This document shows, one piece after another, positions 12,301 through 25,215 of a stretch of DNA of 64,000 nucleotides. The notes under the pieces were generated by a model. It saw only the letters and a program-made list of their open reading frames with translations. It was not told where the DNA came from and searched no databases. Origin of the DNA: Amphiscolops sp. MND2022 (lineage: Eukaryota); the NCBI GenBank assembly GCA_964187785.1, contig OZ076413.1:49726001-49790000 (forward strand), read 5' to 3'. The first letter of the stretch is position 1; every line of letters starts with the position of its first letter. The position numbers and the translations under genes are program-made.

Positions 12301-13620
12301 TACTATTTACAGATTGATTATTTACTTCGTACTCACCTCTTTCCACTGGCTGCGTTATTTTGTAGCGGAGATCAACTAGCTAATCACGTCCCACGATGGA
12401 TTTTCCTGAGTTTGGCGCGACTAACACTCTGGCTTTAGGCACAGTTACGCCCGCTACATCTAGTTGAACAAATTGATAACCCTGTAGCTTTAGTGGTTTT
12501 CTATTGTAGTCCACATAGCGTTCTTCCCCGATCATGTCTCTAATTACGACTTTTCGCTCACCCACAACTTTTTGTAAATCGAGTTTTGTAAAAAACGAAA
12601 CTGGGGACCCAGTGTCTATGATGGCCTTGAAGTAGTTGTCGCACAACATTCCTTCCATGTAGAAGGGTTTGCTGCCTTCTCCGTCCACTCGTAGAACTAG
12701 TTGCTCTTTGCAATCTTCTTCGTCTTCGTCTGACTCCTCAATATAAATTACTCTTCGCATACCCTGCTGGCTTTCACGGCTTTTAAGCCTCTGCATCATT
12801 TCCTTCTGTTCTGTGGGAACTTCTTTTTGCAGCATTTTTCGAGGTGCCCTACTATCTTGCAATGTTTACATCGGTGGTTTGTGGCCATTCAAAAATTCAC
12901 GTGTTCCATCGTGAAGTTTTGATCTCCGCATCTGAAGCATTCCTGGGGTTTGGACTTTTCCACCGCGTGAATGGGCTCACTCTTCACAGATGTTTTCGAT
13001 GTTTCTGGTGCTTGCATCCCGTAAGTTTTCTGCCTTTTTACTCCTTCTTCGTAGGCTATGGCGAAATCCAATGCCTGATCGGGCTCCTTAGTCTCGGTGC
13101 ATAGTTTTTCTTGCACTTTTTTGTTGCTCATATGCAGAAGAAACATGTCAAGTACTAATGTTGTAGTGATTTCTCCAAAATCGAAAATAGCTGCAAGCCC
13201 GTTCAGTGCATGCCAGAACTAGGAAAGTGTTTTGCGGGGTTGTTGCAATCTCGAAAAGAATCTGTGGCGATCCAAAATACGGTTTCGTTTTTTTTTCGAT
13301 AACACTCATTAAAGAGGTTTATCAGTTCCCCTGCTTTTAACTCTCAAAGTGCTGTATTAGGGTATTTATCCATAAACTGCTTTCTGGCTGCTTCCCCAGT
13401 GACAGGTACATCACAATAATGGTTTTCTTGTTCGCAGGGTCTTCGACGAGATCCCCCAATTATGGACGAACCCTGGGAGTTTGCTCTGTTACTGCCCTTG
13501 TGAGCTCAGTTATTGAAATGGAATATTTCGCCATCATGGCTACTTGGAATAAATCGAGCCACTTGTCCCAGTCCATTGTGGGGTTTGTCGTTCCAAAACA
13601 CCAGCAGTCCGACGAGATGG
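9353..13620 (-). pseudogene. gag-pol of the Mag-like element, fragmented by stops and frameshifts
   Basis: Gag (WDKWLDLF; knuckle CFRCG), protease AIIDTGSP, RT with YIDN in place of YIDD (~11660), RNase H CDANKQGLGAVL and YSINELELLA, integrase HYGHPG...WWP...CEQC, TDPGTVF, GNGKIER. The tail continues at ~2990-3236 beyond the nested insertion. Confidence 0.92.
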
Positions 13621-13663
13621 GATGAAGAAGAATTGCTGCTTGAATTTTCAGCTCGCAGCGCCA

Positions 13664-13869
13664 TGTTAAAGTGGAACTCAATAATAGAAAACAATGTAGA
13701 GGATTGTAATTTGAATTGCAATTGAAAGAAGATAATGTTTTGAAGTGCTGTCTTTTACTAAGGCTCTCAGGCAAATGTTTCTCAGTTTAGTCTGAGGTTT
13801 AAACTGTTGACAGGTATGTTTATGGTGTTAACAAACAATGTCTGAATGTCATTCATTCACACTACCACA
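13664..13869 (-). repeat. 5' LTR of the Mag-like Gypsy element
   Basis: Direct repeat of 2741-2949, followed on the minus strand by the TGGCG PBS. Confidence 0.93.
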
Positions 13870-14886
13870 ATTTTGAATTCCAGATATTTTAATAGAGATA
13901 ACGTTGTCCTGTTACTTTGACTTTTGAAAAACATTTTTTGATCAAAATAGGTAATATTGGAACAAACAATGACAATTTGAATACCTTTTCAGTCTGCGCT
14001 TTTCTAGAGAAAAGTGCCCGATTATTAGAGTAGTTAGCAATCAACAAAAAATACGAAACACACAATTTATATAGGAAAACGTCTTTCTTTTTTGTCTTTC
14101 TTTTTGACAATCTATTGGACTAACTGGGGTGGGTGAGTTGTTATTTGCGTCAATATCGTTTTTTCCGAGCCACCGTCAAAAAAGTGACTGAAAAAATGCA
14201 AATTTGTAAAAAAGACATTTCAAATGAAGACATTTTCTCAATTATTGATTGCTAAGTTACTGTCTCATTCTTTTCACACAGTAGGCCACTATTGAAAACG
14301 CAAAAAGGAATTTTTCGGATAGGCATCAGCGATGAGTACGATCGGCATTTGAAACGTCAGGGAATTTGAAGTTCAGGGAATGAGGGCAAAAACTACAAAT
14401 GGTAGATTAAAATCAGGGACGTTATCCCGACATGATTACTGACATTAGTACGCATGGGACAATGCCACAGTACACCTTACAATCTGTAAAATGCAAATAC
14501 TCAACAAATAGAAATAAGCAACGTTTTATTATGGATTTTCACATGAGAAATAACAAAACCGCACTAAAATACACTTGTAGGTTAATCTTTGGAAGAATAT
14601 TGAACAGAAACTAATTATTCCACAAAACATTTCTTTCAACTAGCTGATTCATCCTGGGCCGTTTCTCAGTCAAACAAGTTGAGAATGCTCCCGGCATTGT
14701 GAGACAGTAGTTTATTAAAAACATTTACGGCTCACAATAGCCTTATATATCAATTAGTTCTTGCATGAGTACCACTACACACTTTAGCAACTTTGAGCTC
14801 ATTTATCATCACATTGATACAAAGCACCAAATTAGCTATTTTCATCAGTTGAAATATAATATTGAGGCAATGGCATAGTTGATCAG

Positions 14887-15246
14887 GGCGGATTCCCAAA
14901 GCGTCGAATATTCAAAGCGTCGAAGTTTTGCAAGGTATCCATCGCGCCGAAAAATAATTATTGAACGCTTCTGAGTGGTTGAAAATTGAAAAAGGAAAGA
15001 ATTAAATTTAGTGCCCTAAATGCAGGAGCGAAGCGAAGCGGAGCGACGTGCCATATGGCCATGCCTCAATGTTGCTACTTGGCGAAGGGAGCGAAGCGAC
15101 CGAGCCATACAACAAATATGCTAACCTCTCCAAATAATAACCTGAAAATAATCGCTGATATGGAGTTTTTCGACGCGATGAATAGCTAACTTTAATTTCG
15201 ACGCTCTGCATATTTTTGTTTAATTTCGACTCAATGAATAGCCTCC
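14887..15246. mobile_element. Mutator-like MITE
   Basis: Exact 9-bp flanking duplication GTTGATCAG (14878-14886, 15247-15255), imperfect TIRs GGCGG.../...CCTCC, and subterminal GCGTCGAA / TTCGACGC repeats in inverted orientation. Confidence 0.7.
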
Positions 15247-15550
15247 GTTGATCAGGCCGTTGACTAAATTGTTTTGCCTGGTTATCTGCTGGTGGCTGAG
15301 CTGCGTGTTTGAATTATTTATCGCTAAAGTTTGATTGGCGGAGCTGGTAGCCAGGTGACTGAATTATCTATTTGAGGCGACGCTGGAATGCCATCCCATG
15401 CAACGTATTGAATGACCTATTTCAGTCGGTGCGCTGGATAATTGTTTCCAATCGATTACTTGAGATTATTGGGTCAGCCTGGATGTTTACGTAATATTCA
15501 ATAAACACTGCTCTTCAGTATTATCATTCTAATATCTAATTTATTGAACA

Positions 15551-16356
15551 CCCATGTTGAGGACTCCCTGCGAATCTGTACAGATCTGCACAGATCCTGA
15601 TAGATATTCCAGGATTGTTCAAAATTGAATAGTCATAAATTCAGTTTTCGAAAAAGAAATTAGTTGGTTAAAAAGTGCTCTACGAAAAAAACACGCCTCT
15701 TATTTGAAGTTTCAAAAAAATTCTGTGCGAATCTGTACAGATCTGTACAGATCCTTGCAGATATTCCAGGATTTGTTAAAAATTAACCATTCCAATAAAT
15801 TACTACAACGTATTCCGAGTTTCCAGCAATTACTAAAACTACTCCAATAAACCATGTTCCCGAAATATTACAATCACAGCACTCTATCAACACCTCTACC
15901 AACCCAGAAGGTTGTCACATGTCAAATTTTATCCGTCAATTTCATCAGTCAATGCGGCAAACGAGCCTCTCAAAGTTGAACAACCACTTCTGGAAAGTGC
16001 AAGTGAAATGGATAAACTGCAGTATATGCCCTACACCGAATATTCCCCAGACACCAAAATTACTGTGATGGCGAAAAGATTTCCTGCTCAAGAATTTTGG
16101 GCGATGGAGACTTTCAACTGACTGAGAACTGGTCAGCAAAAACACTTGTTGGAGAATCCCAAAAATACAATATATTGTTTCCAAGAAGCTCCGGAAAAAA
16201 TTTCCTGAAAAATCTGAACAGAAAATCCTTGAACATCTGTAAAGATCCTTGCAGATCTGCAGTTGTCCTTACGTAGCAGTGGCATGATCTTTACAGATCC
16301 TCAAGGAAAATTGGCTCACAGATCTTTACAGATTCTCAATTAAAGCTCAACATGGG
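15551..16356. mobile_element. CCC-terminated MITE (CMC/EnSpm-like)
   Basis: Perfect 11-bp TIR CCCATGTTGAG / CTCAACATGGG, with ~10-bp GATCTGTACA/GATCTTTACA subterminal repeats at both ends. Confidence 0.6.
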
Positions 16357-17945
16357 AATATTATGCATAAATACTGCAGTTTCCATTGTTCCGAGTTTTA
16401 ATGTTTACTGATCAAGCTTTCTTTATGTATCCTTCGTTGATGCTACGCTCGAATACTTTGATTTTTTTCCCGCAACCCTTGTTGAACATGCTTGAACTTT
16501 TTACATGTACTTTAATGTTGCCAGCAACTTTTAATATGATAATCTAAATATCTTACGGAAACTTTAATGCGTTAATATTTCCCTGTTGTCACCAACTTTT
16601 ATCAAGCTGCTTTAAAGAATCATCAATGTTTTGGCGGCAATTTCAAGCCGTGAAGTTCTGCAAGTTTCAATATGCATCAGTTCTAATTTTAAATGCAGCT
16701 GAGACCTCAACAATTTTGCCGCCATTTTAATGCAAATTAACTTCATTCACAATGTAAACAGCAAACTAGCGTCATCTTCAGAGTCCTATTTGAGACGCGG
16801 TGACTGAATCAGATGAGTATTTGAGAAATCAATGTGTGAATACAACGTGATCGTGTCTGTAAAAGAAGGGGAAAATATTTTCAAATTTAATTGCAGTAGC
16901 GGAAAATGCAGTGTAATTCTACAAGATTTACCACCGGAACCTTACTGAATTTTCTAGGTTTTATAAAAAATTACCCTGCATGCAGGCCTGCAGCTTGTAA
17001 AAAGTTCCAGCAGTCTCAACTAGGGAATTCTCACGGCACAGTGGGGGCTGTGACAAATTGCCTGAACATTTTCCATGCTTTGACACCTGCATTCCAAGTA
17101 CCAGAAGTTTGTAGTCTCAAGCATCATTCTCACGTACGTTTTTAGAGCATTTAACTGAACTCACAAAAGCCTCGTTAAACAACTTGAATTCCGCTATAAC
17201 TTCTACTACAAGTAGCAAACGAATTTTGTGGTGTGCAGTAATTTCGTGGAATTAATACTTTTTCATTTGCTTTTTTCCAGCTGGCAATCATTGCCTACAC
17301 AAGCTCAGTGAAAGCGTTGTAGCAAGATCACTTACGACCAATATAAATTCTATGGAGGGTCAGTTCTACAAAAAAGTAATGTATGAATTGAAGGCAAATT
17401 TTTTCTTCGAACAGCTTCTCTGGATGCTTTTGTGATTAGTCAAAAGCCATTTGAACGTTTTTGACTCAACTTGAATGTTTCCAATCCAGAACTTGGTACT
17501 TCTTTTGCATGAAGCTCGCCAAAAAAATTGTTGCAAAATTTTTCAATATTTGTTTATAATGAATGTTTTCTTTAACATTTTTATGAAGATTTATATGTAT
17601 ATTTTCTGATTGTATCCGCATTTAAATTCCCAAATGAATTTTAGTGACCTCCACAAATTATACAAGATTCGCATCAACCTAATTTGTAGCAATAATGGTA
17701 GCAACTTTTCGAAATTATTTACCAATAAAAAGCGTCGATTGTACCAATGAGATGATAACTACGTATATCGCTGATTCTTCCCAAATAATGTAATCCCAGA
17801 TTGTTTATTTAGCTGCATTTAAAATGTTTTTCTTTAGACAGTCGATAGAAACTCAAGGATTAACTCCTAATTAACATGAACAGTCGATGGTTGTATGATT
17901 ATTGCACCTTAGAGGACCGTAATCAACAGAATTGGCATGCTTCAG

Positions 17946-18198
17946 AACTGATAGTAGAGAAGATCCGAGACGCGGGTTTCAAGATTGAGAAGATCAAAAT
18001 GTACAAGCTGCTTTTGGAGGAGGCCGAAGAGTTTTACGCGGAACACAGAGACCAACCATTCTATGCCGATCTGTGTGCATTCATGAGCAGAATGGAGAGT
18101 GTATTTCTCATAGTCTCCAAGCAACATGCCATCCACGATTTCAAGCAGCTGGCCGGAGATAAAGACCCAGCTGTAGCCAAAGAGAAGGAACCATCCAG
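17946..18198 (+). CDS. Host gene internal exon C: second NDK domain
   Basis: Acceptor cttcAG (17944-17945), donor GTacaa (18199). Phase-1 join with exon B is in frame: QKKLIVEKIRDAGFKIE...EEAEEFYAEHRDQPFYADLCAFMS...AIHDFKQLAGDKDPAVAKEKEPS. Confidence 0.85.
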
Positions 18199-18472
18199 GT
18201 ACAAAACTCAAGATAAGTTGTGCCGAAAAATACGAACACCTATTTTGGCTTGCTAAAGGTTTGAAAGTGTGTTAAACTTTTGGATATGCATTTGACAACA
18301 CTCGTAGTGGCCAAAACTTCAAATTTTGGCTGCAGATATAAAGGAGTGATTTATTTGGGACTCTAACATAATTCACAGAAGCTACTCTCTTACCCCACAC
18401 CCCCGAATATGAGGCGCACTTTTTCTCACTGCCAAAAAGACAATGTCTTGTGAACGAAATAACACTGACGTC

Positions 18473-18797
18473 ATGGTCCAATTTGGGCCCTTAACATTTC
18501 GTAGAACTTTTTATAACTATCTATTTTGGTCAGTTCGTGTAGATTGAAAAAAAGAGTCACTAATATTGTCGTGTTTCACTTCATGGAGCGCCGATTAGAA
18601 AAGCTTTACAACTCGCAGATTAAACGAATACCAAGATAGTAAATGATTCTCGTTAAGTTGTAAATGATTTCTAGTCTGCGCTTCATGAAGTGAAATGCGA
18701 CATTAATAGTGAGTCTTTTTTTTCAATCTACACGAATTTACCAAAATAGATAGTTCTAAAAAGTTCTACGAAATGTTAAGGGCCCAAATTGGACCAT
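18473..18797. repeat. ~125-bp inverted repeat with a ~70-bp spacer (inverted duplication of a Helentron-like element end)
   Basis: 18473-18600 (atggtccaatttgggcccttaacatttcgtagaac...) is the imperfect reverse complement of 18670-18797. Confidence 0.85.
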
Positions 18798-19289
18798 TTG
18801 GCACAAAGAACTGAACTATAAAAGCTGTTCCTTTTTTCCAACGTAACATATAATACCGGGCGAGACTAAAGAGTCCCTCCAATTTTACTTTTTTTTGGCA
18901 TTGTGAAACTTTTTTCGATGTCTCCAAAGGGCCCCCTTCAAATTTTTGATATTTTGCAAAAGAATGGATGCTGAAAAACCCAAAGGGGACCCTTTTACCA
19001 TTTTCGGCACTAAATAATCAAAATTCTCATCTTTCGTTATTTTTCCAAAAATGTTTAATGTCTCCAAAGGGTTTTCTCTTCATTTTTCTTGATATTTTCC
19101 AACAGAATGGATGATAAAAAATCCTAAAGGGTTCCCCTTTTAGCGCGCTAGTAGGCCCCAAGCTCGCCAGTTCGGTTCAACTTTTGGGTTTTTTGGGTAC
19201 TGTAGAAGAGAATACTTGACACTTTGAAGTCCTTGTGCTATTTTTCATCCTAAGGTATGGCGCCGACTTTTGCCGTACCCAAACTTGTT
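18670..19289 (+). mobile_element. Helentron/DINE-1-like non-autonomous element copy
   Basis: Starts ttctAGTCTGCGC and ends ...TATGGCGCCGACT...CTTGTT, the same termini as the other family members. Confidence 0.6.
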
Positions 19290-19492
19290 TTAATCAAGCG
19301 AAAGCCAAGCAAACAAAACGTTTTTAGTCGGCGCCTTTTCCTTAAGGAAAAAAGCCCGATTATTACAGTGAGTAGTATTTTTCAGTTGACAATCTAACTC
19401 TGAGTGGTCCACTTTTCTTACAATTCTTACAATTTTACAATTTGATATAATTCTTACTTAGCTTACGAAGTAGTATTTTTACATCATCTAAG

Positions 19493-20204
19493 TGTAACGT
19501 CCACCAGTCAGCACCAAATTTTCGATGAAAAATTCGATCAAGGACCAGAAAGTGTGCGAATCAAAATGGCCGACCTGGCAGGTCGTTGAAATCAAAAAGG
19601 AAGCACAAAAAAAGAGACCCCCCACCCCGACCCAGAAAAGAAGAAAAGACACTGACACGATGTGGAAGAACAAGAAAAATGCTCAGATTTGTGTCATCTC
19701 CGCAGAAAAGTGCGTTTTTAATACAAAAACGTTCTGAGATCCAGATATCCCACAGCAAAGAAGATGAAGAGAACCGCGAATTCAATAGAGACATGCCAGA
19801 AGTGCCAATCTTGAATAATTCTGATGTCATTAGTATTGATTTACAGATTTATGATGATGTCGGATCTGCCAGATCCTTGTAATGGAGTATTTAGACGTTA
19901 TTTTCTGAAATAGAATGCATTTCAGCTAGAACCCTGTTTTCGGACCTCAGGAGTATGTAGGACCGCAGGAAGTCTTTAGGAACGTTTTTACATGCTTGTG
20001 GGACGTGTCCGGACTTTGAGTGTGCCGGCACGTCGCCACGGAGCTCTAATAAGAGGAGCCTCCACGGTGTTTTGGAAAAGTCCCTAGGAGACCTTTAGAG
20101 ACGAAAAACTGGTATTTAGGCTTGTTATAGGACTATGGTCTCCTGTCTAGGCAACCTAAGTATTGTCCCAGTTTTGGTATGTGCGTTACTTGCTTGACGT
20201 TACA
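19493..20204 (+). repeat. 5' LTR
   Basis: 712 bp, highly similar direct repeat of 36349-37059, with terminal inverted TGTAACGTC/GACGTTACA. Confidence 0.95.
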
Positions 20205-23200
20205 TCTAGAGTAGTTTTTATGGCGCCCCACAAGGGACATTTTTCCATCTTTTCGCCATAATTGGAGTTTTTCCTGCTTTCCGGCCCTGCTAGGTCTGGA
20301 CCTAGGAAAACTTGTTGGAGAGTCCTAGATTGTTTTTATTGCCTTATTCTAGCCCTGTGGGCCTTGTACTAGTGTTTTTCCTGCGTCTCCTGCGTATTTC
20401 CGAGGTCTGAAACCGAAAATCGACGATTTCAGACAGTGTACCCCTTGTATTTTGATAACACCTGTTGAAAATGTTAATCCGGCCTATCCGGAACTGGTTT
20501 TAAAGGGTTTTGTAGCTCCGTTTCAGTAAATTAGCAATGTATGGGGACCGGCAGGTTGAGTGCTGAAGGCCCCAATTAGCTGACGACAGTGTGTGAGCAC
20601 CTCCGACATCACACCTCTGTACCCCTGTAGTTGCCGTATGCCGACGTCAATCGGGTTATATTGCCAATTTCTTGCTAATAATCGGCCCAAAAAGCATATT
20701 CCCAGGCCTGTTGCCACTAAAATTGACTGGGGAAAATACCCTGTGGGTGTTTGGACCAGTTGATTAAAAATTTGAGCGCGAAAACCTTGAAAACAAGCCA
20801 TATATAGCTCAAATACCGATTTTTGAGGTGTTGAAAAATGAAATCTAGTGGAAAAGGATACGGCCTGTGGGAATACAAAAACAAACGTTCCATCAGACCT
20901 AATAAGTCAGGAACAGAAAAATTTGCTGGGCTAAATTGTTGAAACATTGAGAAAATTAGCGATTTTTATAGAGAAAACATCAATTTTGGCCTAAAAGACC
21001 AAAATTGGTGAGGGCGAAGCCTTGGGAACTTGTTCCCAAGCTTTAAGATCAGCCCAAAAACGTTGTTCCCGAGCTTGGTAGTACGAAACACTACTGCCAA
21101 GACGATTTTTAGCATTCCCCAATATAAATTGACACTTTAACTTCTGATTTTCTTTGATACACATTGACCTGAGTAGAGGACCCCATAGACCTGAGAGTAA
21201 TAACATCAAAAGTAATAATTGAAATAACCCCACTCCCCTAAATAAAGTTGTCACACCTTCCTACTGTACTGTTAGAACCATCCCGAACATCTGGGAACCG
21301 AGAAATAAAAAGTTCCTAGGGAAAATACGTATTTTTCACATTGTTTTCAGAGTGTAAAAGGTGTAACTTGAACTTTATATTGAGAGACCTTATTTGGAAC
21401 CTGCCAGGTTTCGCTTGCCTATTTTCTGTTAGTATAGAGTATAACGTTGCAAACGCAGAAAACCGCGAGTGATTCCAACCAGTGGTTGCCGAGATATAGC
21501 CAAAAACGTGTTATTTCAGTGATAATATCGGTACACTGAAGTAGTGTTCCTGAGACAGGTCGAAATCTCTCCTAGCAAGAGTAGTCCAAAACAGATTGCA
21601 CCATCGTGTAGATCGCAAAAAGTTACGTTAGTGGTGTAATTTTCGTAGCGCTACCATTACTAGTGATTGAGAAATCTTAGCCGCAGTTTTGCTCAAAAAT
21701 TGTACGAAACTGTCAAAAAAAAATCGAAATTTAGTTGAGCATAGTGCAATATCTTCGGAGTATCCAGCACTAAAATTCTTGCATTTTCGTACACACAGCA
21801 CTAGATCCCGACGATTTGTGCATTTTGAGCAACTTGCTAGTGTCCAATTTGGAGAAATTGACATTTTTGTGAATTTTGGCCCCAGGAAGTGACTAATAGG
21901 GTACATCATAGTTTTGTCAACTCGGATTGCGGAATATTGACCTGGGCACCCCGCTATTTTGTTGTTCTGTTACGTGGGCATAATATACGCTCGCATACAA
22001 AATTTCAGGTAGCTAGGAAGCCTAGAAGGCGAGTTTGACAGACTTTTGTAAATTTCACAAAATAGTCGATTCTTCAAACAACATTCTGAAGCGACCCCAA
22101 GTCACATATGATCAATTTTGGTGCAATCGGCGGTGATTTTCCCACGATTTGGTCACAGTAGTATACCGTGTTACTTTTTCAGGTCGCTAGTCGCTCCAGA
22201 AGTGATTTTCACCTTCCCCAGGCGTGCACTTTGGCGAAAGAATTGCCGATTTTGAGAAATTTTGCGAAAAATTATACACTTTTCGTAGGTGTAGTTGCGA
22301 GTGAAGGTTTAAACGACCCTAGTTCTACACCAGGCATTCATAGCACGTCCCATTGAAGTAATCAGAATGGAGCTAACTCAACCCTAAAATCTTGGGTTTG
22401 TCAAAAAGCTGTCTACGAGACATAGGAGTGCGAAACACAAAAATGGTATTTTCTCTCCCAACGGCCACCAGGGTCACCTAAGTGCGAACTGATAGGTGCA
22501 TTCCCGTTTGCCTCGACTGAGAAGTGACGCGAGAGAGCTAGAACGCAATTAGGAGTTCTCTAGGAGACGTGGATAGTGGACGCGGTGCGTCTCGAGACAG
22601 AAAATTGAGTATAGTAGTACTTAAAATTGTAAAGAACTGTGTTTCCATTGATTGTGCTACGATCAGATTACGATAACTCTCTTTTTTGAAAGTGTCCTAA
22701 CACCTACTCACCCCCAAGGTCTAGTTCCCAACACCCCTTGTTGTAGCAACACCACAGGTGCTCTCCTATTAAAAGTCAGTACGAGTGACATAGTGTACGC
22801 TCCCAGAAGAAAAGCGCGGTGATTTCTTGAATAAATCTCTGCAAAGTTCTGATGGCGCGCCAAAACCTTTAGTTATCCCAACCACATAGCCTGTGGCTGG
22901 ATAAAGCGTAGTTTAGTGTGAGTAACTGTGAAAAAAAACTAAAAAAGCCTAACTTTGAATTTGCGTAGAATAACTATCTCCAGTTGGTGGGGAAACAAAC
23001 CTTTCTGTTCTGATTAGTGGTGACTAACACCAGTGCATGTAATCTTGAGTTAGTGCATGTAATTAGGAGTGTGAAGTTTATGACAGTCAGCTGATCTCGA
23101 AATAGAATCAAGAGGGCGATCACGAGGTACAAACTCCAGAACTTAATAGTACGACAGTTTAGTTAGAATATCTGAGAAAGGGATATCAAAACATCCATTT

Positions 23201-23284
23201 TGAGTTGCCTTTAATTCAATTTGTTGAAGAGAAGGAGTGAGTGAAAGACGAAAGAAAATCTAATTTAGTTGAGCTGCAAAAACT

Positions 23285-25215
23285 GTGCAAGTAGAAATGA
23301 GTTTGAGTGAGTGGGAATACTCGTTATTCGTGAGTGAGACATCATTGGAGTCTAGTGAATTTCATGCTACCAACCCGTTCGCGAACAACATAGAAGAGTT
23401 GCATACCCTGAGTACACAAGCCGAAAGAGCACCGCTGGATATGATCGCCGACCTGTTTTTAGACGACGTAATGTCAGATAACGTGTCTAACATTGAGCAA
23501 AATTCGCAAATTGCGCATACAGGCCAAGCAAATTCCTCAAAGATGTCCTTTGATAGCACCGAACTTGCTAATGAGACTCCCATGAACCATACCAACGTAT
23601 GGCTTCCTCTGAACACTTCCGTGATTGTTACCGGGGACTGGCCGAACTCGAATAGAGAAGTAGCTACTAGCTCGGATATCAGTAAGTGGGTTGAGAATCT
23701 GAATGTGGGCATGACTTTGGGAGAAATCACCCCTCACTTGGGCACGAGTGCGGAACCGCTGGGTTCCGGAGTACCAGTGTTTGATAGTAGTAGAAATACA
23801 CTGGATGACATTGCGATAGGTCCTTCGGAAAGTCAGCCGGGAAAGCGGAAGACCAGAAAAGGAGTGACTCTCAAGAACTATGCCTCCACTACACCACCAT
23901 TGCTGGGTCCCAGCACCTTACGACTGGAACGCACGGCAACGCCCCAACACTCCAAATGCCGGCAGTGCAGCATCCCCAAATTCGACGATCGCCAGAGGTA
24001 TCAAAGAAACTGAAGCCATACGAGAAGATTTTGGACGTAGTATGGAACAATTGAAACGAGTCCAAGTAAAGTTGGCTCAGGAAAACACTGACCATGTCTG
24101 TCGGGCAGAAGTTCTGGTGATGGAAGTAGAAGAGTTACGAAAGGAGGTGAGTGAGATCAAGATGGAAGGACGAGTCAACCAAGGCATGATAGAAACGTCC
24201 GTGGCATCAGTCAAGGACCTGACAGAAAAACGTATATCGGAGATGACGGCAATAATGGTGCAAAGAGATCAGCAAGCGGATGAGCGCCTAAAACACATGT
24301 CCGAAATGATGCACCACAGAGATTTAGATGTCGATAAACGCATGGTGGACCTCATGACTACAGTCCAGGATTTAGCCCTAGGGGTGAAGACCGTAGTGGC
24401 GACGATACCAAACCGTCCCTCACCCGTGCCGGTGACACTAAACCCTGCAGACGTACCATCTACGAGTGCGTTTCCTATTCAGCACCCCTCCTATCGAGAA
24501 GTTGCCAAACGCTAATGTGTGACGAAACCGGATCAGACAAAACACCCAAAGTTACAACCACCCGCAACATACAAGAAGGTGCCGATGAAAACCCAATTGT
24601 CAACAGCCAGTCAAACTGAAGTACAGCGCTGCGACATATCAGGCCCTCCTTCATTCGACCCATATGCTAGAGGTGCCTCAACGACTGGAGATTATTACTC
24701 AGCGGCCAGCGACCAAATGCATAGTAACATGAAAACAGCATCAGGAAGTACCGAATATCAAACTGCTGTTTCGTCAATGCTTGGCACAAAACGCTCAATG
24801 TTACCCCATAGTAACGACCAATTACGGCCATTGGCCTCTAGCACGCAAAGGAATACAATCTCGAGAAGGAACCTGAACACTGGAACGGTGGAAGGAGCTG
24901 CCAAGGACAAGGACAATGGTCCGAACGCTATACACAGCCAAGCGTTGGCGGAAGCAATAACCACTGCGATGTCCAAAGGTCTGGAGCCATTATTAGCAGC
25001 CAAAGAATCCAAGAACAAACCTACCAAGTATCGTGGCACACGCGATGGAATAGTGGATGGCTGGCTAATGATGATGAAGCACGGGACTATATTACGAATA
25101 AATCAGAAGCGGAACGCGATACTGATGAAAAAGTCTTCGCGCTGCTAGCACGAAGATTTGGAACAGGATCTAATAAGATCCTAATACAACAACAGTTCCG
25201 TACACGTAATCAGTT
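23285..25215 (+). pseudogene. gag-like ORF (low-complexity and coiled-coil N-terminus, start of capsid-like region), disrupted and internally deleted
   Basis: ORF pieces 23285-24013, 23880-24515 and 24519-25148. KPTKYRGTRDGIVDGWL resembles a Gypsy capsid start (P..F.G....V..WL). Joins abruptly to a protease C-terminal remnant (FLRTYNVLVDL) near 25215; no DTG motif seen. Confidence 0.65.

Larger units (their letters stand above)
2741..13869 (-). mobile_element. Ty3/Gypsy LTR retrotransposon (Mag-like), decayed, interrupted by a nested element
   Basis: Direct LTRs 2741-2949 and 13664-13869 (TGT...ACA), 5-bp TSD ATTTT on both flanks, minus-strand PBS TGGCGCTGCGAGC (tRNA-Ser-like) at 13651-13663, PPT AAAACGGGGAA next to the 3' LTR, gag-PR-RT-RH-INT order. 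Confidence 0.93.

Noticed and set aside
16900..17800. Possible minus-strand LINE endonuclease remnant (AIYV, GNLNAD, VSD-like traces)
   Set aside because: Too degraded to support without a profile search.
19488..19882. Short ORFs in LTRs (also 3054-3540, 8439-8785, 9212-9406, 36269-36669)
   Set aside because: They lie in LTR sequence, differ between LTR copies by indels and show no protein motifs.
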